From Bdellovibrionales bacterium (GTDB lineage Bacteria > Bdellovibrionota > Bdellovibrionia > Bdellovibrionales > JAUICD01), in assembly GCA_965197425.1 (NCBI GenBank), contig CBDANC010000013.1, positions 1 through 64,000 on the forward strand: a stretch of DNA of 64,000 nucleotides, in the 5' to 3' direction. Made by a program: the position numbers and the translations under genes. Below the pieces are notes generated by a model. That model was not told the origin of the DNA. It saw only the letters and a list, made by a program, of their open reading frames with translations, and searched no databases. Positions 41,828 to 52,213 of this stretch are shown here, one piece after another. Position 1 is the stretch's first letter. Each line of letters begins with the position of its first letter.

Positions 41828-43372
41828 TTAGAAGTTAGAAATTGCAAGTTGAACGGCTCTATAAACATCAAGTATACCATGACCATAAGTGTTGTTTGGA
41901 ATTTTATTTTTATTATTACCACAAACAACTCTCGCAAATTTTGGAGTAGCTGTGTCCATTAAAATTTGAGCGGTTTTATCTACTTGACCAATTAAACTTT
42001 TATTAGCAGACCAAACAAGTGCAATTGCACCAGCAACATGAGGTGTTGCCATCGAAGTACCATACCAATCATCACCAAATAGACCATTTGACAAAGAAGA
42101 CCTAATGTTCATACCAGGAGCAACTATATGAGGTGCAACTTTATTAGTGTAAGATGAAGGACCTCTAGAAGACAAATGCCAAATTTCATCTGTCACATAA
42201 AATATAGCACCAACAGAAAAGGAGTGATCTGTATGCCATGCAGGAGAACTTTCAATACTGGAACAACCAGGGCCGGAGTTACCAGCAGAAACAACCACAA
42301 AAATTCCAGCAGTTTTCAAAATTTTTAACACATCTAATAATTCATCTTGAAAGCAACCCTCAGTGCCAGGGCAACTCCACGAGTTATTTATAATATGTGG
42401 AGCTTTTGAAGGATCACCATCTGTCATATGATCACCTCCTACTTTGTAAGGAGCAAAGAAAAATTCAAAACACCCCAAATAAGTAGACAGGTTACCTACA
42501 CCCATATCCTTATTTCTACACGCAATCCAAGAAGCCCCAGGTGCAACTCCAGTAAAATTTGTTCCATCGCTTCCTACAGCAATTCCCAACACATGTGTAC
42601 CGTGACTGAGATCATCACAAGGTATAGAAGAGCTGTAGCCACATGGATTGTTCTCAGCATAACTTATTAACGAATGCTCAACAGCATCATGCCAATTAAA
42701 ATCATGCTGGGGTTTATCACCTGTTGATCCTCTATATTGATCTACCAAAGCTCCGTGAGACCAATCAGCTCCAGTATCCTGACTTGCAACCACAATTCCT
42801 TCACCATCAGTGAACTCTTCCCAAACTTTATCAGCACCTATATAAGATATATTAGGTTCTACAGAAACTTGTGGTGGATACTCCACTGGTGGCAGTTGCT
42901 GTTTACCACCCAAGCTAGAATTATTGTTTATACCACTTAAACTGGTAACACCAGTAGTATGGGTAACTTCAGTGACATTTGAAATTAAAAATATTCTGTC
43001 TATTTCATTAAATTTAGATAGTTTTTTAACAACTTCTTCCCCAGCAGATTGTACGAATATAGCATTAATCAAGTAATGTCTCTTATACAACACATCAACA
43101 GAGTTTAAAAAATCCACTACATCACGTTGACTATTTAAAGCTAGGTTAGTTAAAAAATTATATAAAACTTTTCCCCTTTCAGAAACAGGGTAAGAAGCTA
43201 TGTGATCTAAAAATACATCATTAAGCTGATCTTTAAACGTAACCATGACAGACACATTACCATTTAAAAGCTTGTCAAAAACTTTAGGTTCTACCCTAGT
43301 GTTTTCTATTACTCTTAAACAAAAGATAAGTGTCGATATGAAAACTAAAGAAAATAAAAAATTTTTTATCAT
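41828..43372 (-). CDS. S8 (subtilisin-like) serine peptidase
   Basis: QDTG, HGTHVLG, SAGNSG, GTSMATPHVAG. Confidence 0.93.
   Translation of the reverse strand: MIKNFLFSLVFISTLIFCLRVIENTRVEPKVFDKLLNGNVSVMVTFKDQLNDVFLDHIASYPVSERGKVLYNFLTNLALNSQRDVVDFLNSVDVLYKRHYLINAIFVQSAGEEVVKKLSKFNEIDRIFLISNVTEVTHTTGVTSLSGINNNSSLGGKQQLPPVEYPPQVSVEPNISYIGADKVWEEFTDGEGIVVASQDTGADWSHGALVDQYRGSTGDKPQHDFNWHDAVEHSLISYAENNPCGYSSSIPCDDLSHGTHVLGIAVGSDGTNFTGVAPGASWIACRNKDMGVGNLSTYLGCFEFFFAPYKVGGDHMTDGDPSKAPHIINNSWSCPGTEGCFQDELLDVLKILKTAGIFVVVSAGNSGPGCSSIESSPAWHTDHSFSVGAIFYVTDEIWHLSSRGPSSYTNKVAPHIVAPGMNIRSSLSNGLFGDDWYGTSMATPHVAGAIALVWSANKSLIGQVDKTAQILMDTATPKFARVVCGNNKNKIPNNTYGHGILDVYRAVQLAISNF
42873..42973. repeat. Two micro-palindrome sites in the S8 propeptide linker (PVEYPP; TEVTHTTGVTS)
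   Basis: ggtggatactccact at 42873-42887; actggtaacaccagt at 42941-42955 plus a degenerate unit 18 bp on. Confidence 0.8.
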
Positions 43373-43402
43373 TACAACAATTAGTTTTGGCTCCTTCGAA
43401 AG

Positions 43403-45490
43403 TTAAATAATCAAAGGGGCTATTATTAATGCTACAATAGACATCAGCTTAACCAAAATATTCATAGAAGGGCCCGTTGTATCTTTGAACGGATCTCCTA
43501 CGGTGTCACCAATAACAGCAGCCTTATGGGCCTCACCACCTTTAGACTCACCACTAAGTTCTCCCTTTTCTATATACTTTTTTGCATTATCCCAAGAACC
43601 ACCAGCATTTGACATCAGTAATGCTAACACCACACCAACTAATAAACTACCAACCAACATGCCACCTAATGATGCTGGTCCTAAACCAAAACCGACCGCA
43701 ACAGGAGCAGCCACAGCTACAACACCAGGAGCTATCATCTCAACTAAAGCAGATTTAGTAGCAATATCTACACATCTTTTAGTGTCAGGCTTACCTTCAC
43801 CTTTTAGTAATCCTGGAATCTCTCTAAACTGCCGTCTAATTTCAGCAACCATTTGAGATGCAGCTTTACCAACAGATGTCATTGTCATTGAACCAGCTAG
43901 TAAAGGGACAACAGCTCCTAAAAATAAACCAATAACAACATTGGGATCAGATACATCCATGCTAAGAAGATCCTTACCAGCCGCGGTTAAGCTAGAGTTC
44001 ACAGCCTGAGTGTAAGCTACAAATAAAGCAAGAGCTGTTAAAGCGGCAGAACCTATTGCAAACCCTTTACCAATGGCAGCTGTAGTATTACCTAAAGCAT
44101 CTAGGTTATCTGTAATCTTACGCACATCACTTCCAAGCCCAGCCATCTCAGATATACCACCAGCATTATCAGCAACAGGTCCGTAGGAATCTACAGTCAT
44201 AGTAATACCAACAGTGGCTAGCATACCAACCGCAGCCATTGCTATGCCATATAGACCAGCTTGATTATAGGATACAAAAATAGAACAACATATTAAAGCT
44301 AAAGGAGCTGCACAGGACTCTAAACCAACCGCAATTCCAGTAATAATATTAGTAGCAGGGCCGGTCTTTGAACTCTCCATTATCCTATAAACAGGTTTGT
44401 CGGCAGTGTAGTACTCGGTAATTTTACCAATGAATGCACCGGCCAGAGTTCCTGACAAAATAGCCCAATAAATTCCTAAACCAAAACCCATCGACTTTAC
44501 ACATATAAAAGTGAAAATTAAAAATAAAATACCACCTGTAAAAGTTGAGAAATTAAGAGCACTACGAGGGTTTAGTTTTTTTAAAAAGTTAATGGAAAAT
44601 ATACCAACCAGTGATGCACACAAACCTAAAACGGACAACATTAAAGGAAAGGACAGTAGTTTTGAGCGCAATATATCCTCATCAGTAATACTAGAGCTTA
44701 AATTAAACATAGCTTCACTGGACATGGTTGCGGCTATTGCAATAGAGGCTATCATTGCACCAACATAGGATTCAAAAATATCAGCACCCATACCAGCCAC
44801 ATCACCTACATTATCACCTACATTATCTGCTATAACACCAGGGTTTCTCGGATCATCTTCTGGAATACCGGCTTCAACTTTACCTACAAGATCACTACCC
44901 ACATCAGCAGCTTTAGTAAAAATTCCACCCCCGACTCTGGAAAATAAGGCAATGGAAGATGCACCCATAGAAAAACCAGAAATCATACCTACAGTTTCAG
45001 GACTACCGCCAAAAAAATAAAACAAAATACCAAGGCCCAACAAACCTAAGCTTGCCACGGATAAGCCCATAACTCCACCACCTTCAAAGGCAATTAGAAG
45101 GCTTTCTGATTCACCTTTATCCTTAGCAGCAGCAGCGGTTCTTACATTTGCCTTAGTTGCAGCCTTCATACCAAGCCAACCGGCCAAAGCACTACAAACA
45201 GCACCACTAACAAAACAAATTGCAGTTTCTACATTAAAGAAAACAGTAAAAACTACAGCCAAAATTAAAACAAAAATACTAAGTACACTGTACTCAGCTC
45301 GCAAAAAAGCCATTGCACCCGAGTGAATTTCTTTTGCAATTTCAATCATCCTGTCAGTACCAGCAGAAGCACGCTTAACTTTGAAATACAAAAAACTTGC
45401 AAATATAAGACCTACAACACCAAAAATACCGGATAATATACCAACATTTATACCAGCTTCGATGCCAGCATTCATATCAACATCACCCAC
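43403..45490 (-). CDS. hppA: Membrane-bound ion-translocating pyrophosphatase, K+-dependent, probably Na+-pumping
   Basis: [50 protein letters not shown] start after GGAGG. Confidence 0.93.
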   Translation of the reverse strand: MGDVDMNAGIEAGINVGILSGIFGVVGLIFASFLYFKVKRASAGTDRMIEIAKEIHSGAMAFLRAEYSVLSIFVLILAVVFTVFFNVETAICFVSGAVCSALAGWLGMKAATKANVRTAAAAKDKGESESLLIAFEGGGVMGLSVASLGLLGLGILFYFFGGSPETVGMISGFSMGASSIALFSRVGGGIFTKAADVGSDLVGKVEAGIPEDDPRNPGVIADNVGDNVGDVAGMGADIFESYVGAMIASIAIAATMSSEAMFNLSSSITDEDILRSKLLSFPLMLSVLGLCASLVGIFSINFLKKLNPRSALNFSTFTGGILFLIFTFICVKSMGFGLGIYWAILSGTLAGAFIGKITEYYTADKPVYRIMESSKTGPATNIITGIAVGLESCAAPLALICCSIFVSYNQAGLYGIAMAAVGMLATVGITMTVDSYGPVADNAGGISEMAGLGSDVRKITDNLDALGNTTAAIGKGFAIGSAALTALALFVAYTQAVNSSLTAAGKDLLSMDVSDPNVVIGLFLGAVVPLLAGSMTMTSVGKAASQMVAEIRRQFREIPGLLKGEGKPDTKRCVDIATKSALVEMIAPGVVAVAAPVAVGFGLGPASLGGMLVGSLLVGVVLALLMSNAGGSWDNAKKYIEKGELSGESKGGEAHKAAVIGDTVGDPFKDTTGPSMNILVKLMSIVALIIAPLII

Positions 45491-45631
45491 AACAAAACCT
45501 CCAATGGAAATTAGAAAATAATAATCACTGAATAAAACACTGAAAGTATAGTATAAGCAATAAAAACTTGTATAAAATATCAAAAGTTAAAAAAATAATT
45601 ACTTTCTCTTAATATATGCTACGATGGCTTC

Positions 45632-46528
45632 GTGATCTTTGACCCTAAAACAAATAGCATTACCTGCTTTTATAAAACTATATTTTTTGTTGGATTATTT
45701 GGTATTTTAAATACTTCATGTAGCAGTACGGGTACTTACAACAGACATGGTTCTGTTTACGAATATTGCAATCAAGCAGTCAATTTTGATCCTAACTGTA
45801 CCCATAACAATATAAACAACATGCATCGTACTACTGATCATGATCCCTTTGGCCGTGACTCTATACACAAACGAAAACACAAACCCTTTGGACATGATTC
45901 CCTACACAAACGAAAACACAAACCCTTTGGCCGTGACTCTATACACAAACGAAAACACAAACCCTTTGGCCGTGACTCTATACACAAACGAAAACACAAA
46001 CCCTTTGGCCGTGACTCTATACACAAACGAAAACACAAACCCTTTGGACATGATTCCCTACACAAACGAAAACACAAACCCTTTGGACATGATCAGCAAA
46101 TGCATAAACCATTTAGAAACATCGACCCTTTACCTTCTTCGTCTGGTACTCATTATGCTCCTCAACCTAATGCTAACCCTGGTGGCATAAACAGTTTTCA
46201 TATTCCAGACCCTCCATCTGTACCTGAAATTACTCCACCTGTAATTGAAACACCTAGCTTTAATGAACCTTTTAAACCTTACATGCCTCCACCACCACCT
46301 CTTCCTGAACCCCCTAGGCCTTCCTTTTCTTCACCCCATGCTAACCCTGGTGGCATAAACAGTTTTCATATTCCAGACCCTCCATCTGTACCTGAAATTA
46401 CTCCACCTGTAATTGAAACACCTAGCTTTAATGAACCTTTTAAACCTTACATGCCTCCACCTCCTCCTCTTCCTGAACCCCCTAGGCCCTCTTTTCCTTC
46501 CTCTTCACCATGGGTGCCATCGTACTGA
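45632..46528 (+). CDS. Putative lipoprotein with His/Lys/Arg-rich 13-aa repeats and a duplicated Pro-rich block
   Basis: Hydrophobic segment then NTSC; KPFG(R/H)DS(I/L)HKRKH x6; Pro-rich duplication with 56-aa period. Confidence 0.65.
   Translation: MIFDPKTNSITCFYKTIFFVGLFGILNTSCSSTGTYNRHGSVYEYCNQAVNFDPNCTHNNINNMHRTTDHDPFGRDSIHKRKHKPFGHDSLHKRKHKPFGRDSIHKRKHKPFGRDSIHKRKHKPFGRDSIHKRKHKPFGHDSLHKRKHKPFGHDQQMHKPFRNIDPLPSSSGTHYAPQPNANPGGINSFHIPDPPSVPEITPPVIETPSFNEPFKPYMPPPPPLPEPPRPSFSSPHANPGGINSFHIPDPPSVPEITPPVIETPSFNEPFKPYMPPPPPLPEPPRPSFPSSSPWVPSY
45842..46092 (+). repeat. 39-bp coding tandem repeat (6 units plus partial)
   Basis: aaaccctttggccgtgactctatacacaaacgaaaacac and variant ...ggacatgattcccta..., order A-B-A-A-A-B. 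Confidence 0.95.
46171..46497 (+). repeat. 168-bp-period direct duplication (coding)
   Basis: tgctaaccctggtggcataaacagttttc... starts at 46171 and again at 46339. Confidence 0.95.
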
Positions 46529-46612
46529 AAGCCTTTTTTAAAACGCTGAGCTAAAAGCTTGCAAAACCAAATTTTTTAACTTATTCAGTCAGTGTTTAGG
46601 AAGGGATCAGGT

Positions 46613-46972
46613 ATGAGTACGGAATTTTACACAGTTGTTCATTTTGTGGGGATATCATTATTGGTTGTGTCCTTAGGTGGGATGATCCAATTTTCTATTA
46701 CAAACTCTGGTGCTTCTAAAACTCATCTGATGTTGATGCATGGGATATCTCTTCTTTTGATTGCTGTTTCTGGATTTGGTTTAATTGCAAAATTAAATTT
46801 AAGCTTTTCAATTTGGCTTATACTTAAGATATTGGTTTGGATTATATTTGGTGGACTTGTAACTTTAATATTCAAGCTCAATCAAAAATTATTTTTATAT
46901 TTGATAATACCTGTATTGGTGGGTGCTGCTGCTTATTTTGCACAGCATTTACAAAATATCATACCTCATTAG
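46613..46972 (+). CDS. Small four-TM membrane protein (SirB2-like)
   Basis: HFVG, MHGISLLLIAVSGFGL, WLILK. Confidence 0.65.
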   Translation: MSTEFYTVVHFVGISLLVVSLGGMIQFSITNSGASKTHLMLMHGISLLLIAVSGFGLIAKLNLSFSIWLILKILVWIIFGGLVTLIFKLNQKLFLYLIIPVLVGAAAYFAQHLQNIIPH

Positions 46973-48100
46973 CTTGCATGGTATTGCACCATTTAAGAGA
47001 CTAAATTTCTCACATGCTTTCATTGCCAAATTTCTAGTAAGGTTACTATCAGAGCTTAATACCCAAGATGTCCACCCTTTCATTTTGTGTTTTAATGCAT
47101 ATGAGAGATCTTTATAATCATCTGTCAAGCGATCACTATCGAGTCTTTCTCCGTAGGGTGGATTAACTATTATTATTCCTTTGTTACAATTGCACTCTAA
47201 ATCATCAACTGCATGGGCTTTAAAATCTATGTAATCAATTACTCCAGCTTTTTTAGCATTAGATATAGAAGCATCAATTGCATTGCCACTTATGTCAGAT
47301 CCATAAAATTTATAGTCTAAAGATTCTTTTTCATTACTCTCTGCTTCTTCCAGCAACCTACTCCATAAATCGTCATCAAAAGTTGTCCATTTTTGAAAAG
47401 AAAAGGAATTTCTAAAAAGACCTGGAGCTGAGTTTAAAGCAATTAGAGCTGCTTCGATTAATATAGTTCCTGATCCACACATTGGATCTACTACTGGGGA
47501 GTTTTGATCCCAATTAGATAGAAGCAAAATACCAGCCGCCATATGTTCTCTTAAAGGAGCTTTTGTGGAATGCTTTCTATAACCTCTTTTAGATAAAGTG
47601 ATACCGGAGGAGTCTAAAAAAACAGTCATAATATTATGATAAATTTTTATATATATGATGAGATCGGGGTTTTCCTTATCAACAGAGGGTCTATCATTAT
47701 AATCCTTTCTAAATTTATCTACCACAGCATCTTTAGCTTTAAGTGAAACAAATCTAGAGTCTTTAAAAGTACTACCAACTACATCAGCTTCCACCTTTAT
47801 AGTCTGGGATACTGTGATAAACTTAGAAAAGTCCATATCAAACATATTCTGATATAACTCTTCATAGTTTCTAACTTCACAAGATTTAATGTTAATAAGT
47901 ATTCTAGTTGCAGTCCTTAAATGTAAATTAGCTAGGTAACAATTTTCATTTAATGATTTATTTTTGTTATCAAAATATATTCCGTCTTGACTTTTTTTGG
48001 TGTTAAGCCCAAGTTTTCTTAATTCAGAATCCAGCACATCAAACAAACCTTTTGAAGTTTGGGCTAATAAAACCATGGTGTCCGTGTTTGAAGCTGGCAT
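46949..48100 (-). CDS. rlmL: THUMP-domain rRNA methyltransferase (RlmL-like)
   Basis: LRTATRIL, KDAVVD, LSKRGYR, APLREHMAA, DPMCGSGT, NPPYGERL. Confidence 0.9.
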   Translation of the reverse strand: MPASNTDTMVLLAQTSKGLFDVLDSELRKLGLNTKKSQDGIYFDNKNKSLNENCYLANLHLRTATRILINIKSCEVRNYEELYQNMFDMDFSKFITVSQTIKVEADVVGSTFKDSRFVSLKAKDAVVDKFRKDYNDRPSVDKENPDLIIYIKIYHNIMTVFLDSSGITLSKRGYRKHSTKAPLREHMAAGILLLSNWDQNSPVVDPMCGSGTILIEAALIALNSAPGLFRNSFSFQKWTTFDDDLWSRLLEEAESNEKESLDYKFYGSDISGNAIDASISNAKKAGVIDYIDFKAHAVDDLECNCNKGIIIVNPPYGERLDSDRLTDDYKDLSYALKHKMKGWTSWVLSSDSNLTRNLAMKACEKFSLLNGAIPCKLMRYDIL

Positions 48101-48169
48101 GAGTTTGCTTGTAGCATAAAACTTGCACTTAAGTTATCAAATAAGTATATTACACCAACCAAACAGATA

Positions 48170-48255
48170 GGAGGGGTACCAGAGTGGCCAAATGGGGCAG
48201 ACTGTAAATTTGCTGGCTTATGCCTACGGGGGTTCGAATCCTCCCCCCTCCACCA
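48170..48255 (+). tRNA. tRNA-Tyr (anticodon GUA)
   Basis: GGAGGGG/CCCCTCC acceptor stem, GCAGA-CTGTAAA-TTTGC anticodon arm, long variable arm, encoded CCA. Confidence 0.96.
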
Positions 48256-48630
48256 AAAATAAATTCAAAAAATATGAACACCAAACACATGACACGAAAA
48301 CTATCGAGCATGTAAAAAGTAAAAAAGATTAAAATATAAGCGAAATAAATTGAGCTTAAACCACCTTATTTAAGCATATAAAAAAGTGATAATTTTAAGG
48401 ATATTCTTAACTATTTAGATATAAGTATTTAAAATTATTAATATTTTTATTTTTAAAAAATTTCTTGTAACTTTTTTAATTCTGGTGTATCATGCATCCA
48501 TCGCTACGAGTGGCTCAAATTGATACAGGCTAATTCGGTCTTCTAACATCTAACATAGGCAACTTAAGAAATAAAGAAATAACAAAAATCAATAATCACG
48601 AATAAAACAAACAAATGAGGTATATGTAAT

Positions 48631-49677
48631 ATGACAGAAGCAAATGGAAATACGATTTTACCCTACAACACCGATCAACAAGGATCTTCTAAAGGTTATG
48701 TATCTAAAAAATTAGGTACCCCTGTTGTATATAAGTCTCCGGCCATGCACCAGTTGTTTACCATGGTTGATAGAGTTTCTAACTCAAAGGCAAATGTATT
48801 AATTTTGGGTGAAAGTGGAACTGGAAAGGAACTTATAGCTAGAACTATTCATGATAAATCTGACAGAAAGGACAAACCATTCATTGCCATAAACTGTGGT
48901 GCACTAAGAGAATCTTTGCTTGAAAGTGAGTTGTTTGGTCATGAGAAAGGAGCTTTTACAGGAGCCTATCAAAAAAAGATTGGTTTAGCTGAGACTGCTC
49001 ATGATGGAACTTTGTTTTTAGATGAAATAGGTGAGTTATCTCAAGGTATGCAGGCCAAACTCTTAAGATTTATTCAAGAAGGTGAGATTTATAGAGTTGG
49101 AGGTAAAATACCTGTAAAAGTAAATATCAGGTTGCTAAGTGCTACTAACAGAAACATAGATTTTGAGGTTGATAATAACAACTTTAGAGAAGATTTATTT
49201 TACAGAATCAACACAATAACATTGAGTGTACCGCCTCTTAGAAAAAGAAGAGATGATGTACCACTATTAGTAAATCACTTTTTAAATAAAAGTAAGTACA
49301 AACACTTAAACAGAGGTTGTGACATAAGCCCTGAGGCCATGGAAATATTGTGTAAGTATGATTGGCCGGGTAATGTAAGAGAACTTCAAAATATATGTGA
49401 AAGGCTACAAATCCTATCTGAAGGACATACAGTAATGCCAACAGATCTACCTCAGCCTATCCTCTACCCTGATCAAAGAACAGTAACAGAGGACTATGAC
49501 CCTGCTATCACGGTTCATGAACTTGAAAAACGATATATTTTAAGCTCGCTTAAGTATTATGATGGCAACAAAACAAGAGCTGCCAATGCATTAGGGATTA
49601 CTATAAAAACCCTCTACAACAAACTCCATGAATATGGAGAGTTTAGTAACTATGCGGTTCACCACAGATCAAAGTAA
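48631..49677 (+). CDS. Sigma-54-dependent Fis-family activator lacking a sensory domain
   Basis: GESGTGKE, ESELFGHEKGAFTGA, FLDEIG, WPGNVREL, C-terminal HTH. Confidence 0.93.
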   Translation: MTEANGNTILPYNTDQQGSSKGYVSKKLGTPVVYKSPAMHQLFTMVDRVSNSKANVLILGESGTGKELIARTIHDKSDRKDKPFIAINCGALRESLLESELFGHEKGAFTGAYQKKIGLAETAHDGTLFLDEIGELSQGMQAKLLRFIQEGEIYRVGGKIPVKVNIRLLSATNRNIDFEVDNNNFREDLFYRINTITLSVPPLRKRRDDVPLLVNHFLNKSKYKHLNRGCDISPEAMEILCKYDWPGNVRELQNICERLQILSEGHTVMPTDLPQPILYPDQRTVTEDYDPAITVHELEKRYILSSLKYYDGNKTRAANALGITIKTLYNKLHEYGEFSNYAVHHRSK

Positions 49678-49722
49678 AAAAAATAAAACTTCAAACAACA
49701 AACTTATAAATAGAGGTGTTAA

Positions 49723-50256
49723 ATGAAAATACGAAATTTCATTATCATTACATTTTTGCTACAAACTGTGTCAGCTCATGCTCAAGAATCTAAAGAATCT
49801 GCTCTGACCGAAGAAATCCCCGTGAGGAATCTAATAAATGACGAGGGAGAGACAGTATTGATGCATGCAGTTGCTAATGCTGACAGGGATGCTGTTCTAA
49901 GAATTTTAAATGACCCTGATGTGAGAAACTTGTACAGAAGAGATAAAAATGGTCTAACGGCGTTAGACTTGGCTATTAATCTTAAACACCCCGAGATCGT
50001 GGAGCTGTTATTTGAAAAAAAAGAGAACTTTAATCATAAGACACAACCACGATTAATGGACCCAGTAGAAGGTGAGAATGGCAATTTTATTAGCTACTAT
50101 TTTGGTGGATATGTATGGCTATATGATCAAATTACTCTAGATGCTTTCGATTTACACGAAAATGGTGATGAGAATATGTTGGAAGATTTTCTTAGTTGGT
50201 ACTTTAGTGGATACGAATGGCTATATGATCAGGCTAATGAATTGATAAAGGAATAG
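49723..50256 (+). CDS. Secreted ankyrin-repeat protein with duplicated aromatic C-terminal motif
   Basis: Signal peptide ending AHA; GETVLMHAV, GLTALDLA; YFGGYVWLYDQ / YFSGYEWLYDQ. Confidence 0.8.
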   Translation: MKIRNFIIITFLLQTVSAHAQESKESALTEEIPVRNLINDEGETVLMHAVANADRDAVLRILNDPDVRNLYRRDKNGLTALDLAINLKHPEIVELLFEKKENFNHKTQPRLMDPVEGENGNFISYYFGGYVWLYDQITLDAFDLHENGDENMLEDFLSWYFSGYEWLYDQANELIKE

Positions 50257-50454
50257 ATTTTTGGTACCCGCAAAAAACACCCACTACACCCAGATTCTTT
50301 TGGATCCTCTCCTAAGCCCAAATTGCTAAGCTAAGACTCTTTTGAGCATTCACATTTTAATTTCATACAAAATACATTTAACACTAAGCGTAAGCACTTA
50401 TCTTGTAGTGATTTATGGTTAATCTTAGTGATGTAGCTGGAGTAAGAAACAAAA

Positions 50455-50961
50455 ATGAATAGATTCAGAAAGTTTGTATCATTAGTTTTGTTGTTATTGT
50501 TTTGCATAACAAGCTTTGGTTGCGAAAGCCAGGAGTCTATTGAATTAAAACAAGCCTTATTTGAAGCTGTCGGTGCAGGAGATGCAGAAGCTACTCAGCA
50601 GCTTCTTCAAAATTACCCTGAAATAGATATAAACATGCAAAATGAAGCAGGGGAAACACTTCTTATTGTTGCCTCCAAACAAGGAGCTTCATCAATTGTT
50701 AGGCTGCTTTTTATAGTTCAAAATCTAGATGTAAATAAAAAAGATAGAATGGGTAGAACGGCCTTACATTGGGCTGCATTCGAAGGACAATTGGAAATAG
50801 TAGAGACACTACTAGCATCAGGCAGTGAGTTGGATTCAGGTGCAGAGGATAATGATGGGCGTACCGCATCTCGTCTTGCATTGGTACGAGGGTATAACCC
50901 CATTGCCATTCTCATTAACGAACATAGCAGTAACAGAGGCACACCTCAAACAACAAAATAA
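50455..50961 (+). CDS. Ankyrin-repeat lipoprotein
   Basis: Signal with TSFGC; GETLLIVAS, GRTALHWAAFEGQLEIVETLL. Confidence 0.88.
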   Translation: MNRFRKFVSLVLLLLFCITSFGCESQESIELKQALFEAVGAGDAEATQQLLQNYPEIDINMQNEAGETLLIVASKQGASSIVRLLFIVQNLDVNKKDRMGRTALHWAAFEGQLEIVETLLASGSELDSGAEDNDGRTASRLALVRGYNPIAILINEHSSNRGTPQTTK

Positions 50962-51012
50962 AACTGCTGTTCACTAACAACAGTCATAAAAAGAGAACTT
51001 ATCAAAAAAAGT

Positions 51013-52017
51013 TTATGTTAAAAAAAGATTGTCAAATCTAGAAAGTTTGTTTTTATTGATAAAGCTTGCCCTGAATGCATCTTCATTGCATTTAGCAAAG
51101 TCCTCTTTCTCAAAACCACATGCGTTGTGAAGTACTTCATATTCACCAGATATAGGGCAGTCAAAGATTCCTGGATCATCGGAGTTGATAGAAACTTTCA
51201 CACCGTTATTCATTAGTTTTTTTATAGGATGCTCCTTTATGGAATTAACAGAGCCTGTTAGATAATTACTGGTTGGACACACTTCTAAGAGAACATCATT
51301 TTTTAACACCACATCAATTGCTCTTTTATCATTTATTATCTGAATACCATGACCTATTCTACTGGCACCCAAAATTTCTATAGCATCTATAACACTCTGA
51401 GTATTTCCAGGATAAATTGCTTCTCCAGCATGTATAGTTATCTTCATGCCGTTATCTCTTGCTTTGGCAAAAAGAGGAGCAAAGGGTTTACAGTCAAAGT
51501 CTTGTTCATTGTCTGCCAAATCTATTCCCACAAAAGTATCTTTGTTTTTTACAATAAAATCACATACTTTAGTAGCCAGCTCTAATGGATCATTTCTTCC
51601 AATTATGCCAATAATACCAACTTCTATGTCATATTTCTTAGCTTTAGAAACACCAAGTCTTATAAGCTCATGTATTCTTTCGAAGGCAAGTTTGTTATCA
51701 CCGCTTTGTATAAAAGAGGGTGAATACCTAAGCTCTAAAACCTTAACTCCTTGCTTATATGCGTCCTCTATATATTCATAGGCTAACTTTTCTATAAACT
51801 GCTCGTCCTTAAAACACTGCTGGATAATTAAAAACTTACTAAGCGCTGTTTTTAGATCAAGCTCTGGTTTTGTAAGTAAAACTTTGTTTTTAAATTCATT
51901 GATATCGTGCGGAAGTTGAAGCTTTAGCCTTTTTACCACATTAAAAATGGTTTCTAACCTAAATGCACATTCTAAGTGACAGTGTAACTCTACTTTGGGA
52001 AGTTTGTCATAATCCAA
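51013..52017 (-). CDS. add: Adenosine deaminase
   Basis: PKVELHCHL, HAGE, RIGHG, EVCPTSN, NSDDP. Confidence 0.93.
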   Translation of the reverse strand: MDYDKLPKVELHCHLECAFRLETIFNVVKRLKLQLPHDINEFKNKVLLTKPELDLKTALSKFLIIQQCFKDEQFIEKLAYEYIEDAYKQGVKVLELRYSPSFIQSGDNKLAFERIHELIRLGVSKAKKYDIEVGIIGIIGRNDPLELATKVCDFIVKNKDTFVGIDLADNEQDFDCKPFAPLFAKARDNGMKITIHAGEAIYPGNTQSVIDAIEILGASRIGHGIQIINDKRAIDVVLKNDVLLEVCPTSNYLTGSVNSIKEHPIKKLMNNGVKVSINSDDPGIFDCPISGEYEVLHNACGFEKEDFAKCNEDAFRASFINKNKLSRFDNLFLT

Positions 52018-52213
52018 AACATGTGTAGATCTATGTCATTAACTAGTTGCAAGTCAACCTAAAGGTCTTCTTAAAGATAAGCTAGGCTAAGTACTTATTG
52101 AGTATAACAAAAAAGCTGGCTCCCCCAGCTTTCTATGTGTAGTATAACAACTTTACTAACTAAGCTTAAGTCATTTACATTAAGTCTATAAACAATAACT
52201 ACAAGTACAATAT

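Noticed and set aside
45842..46092. Possible CRISPR array
   Set aside because: The 39-bp units are contiguous with no unique spacers, are in frame in an ORF, and there are no cas genes
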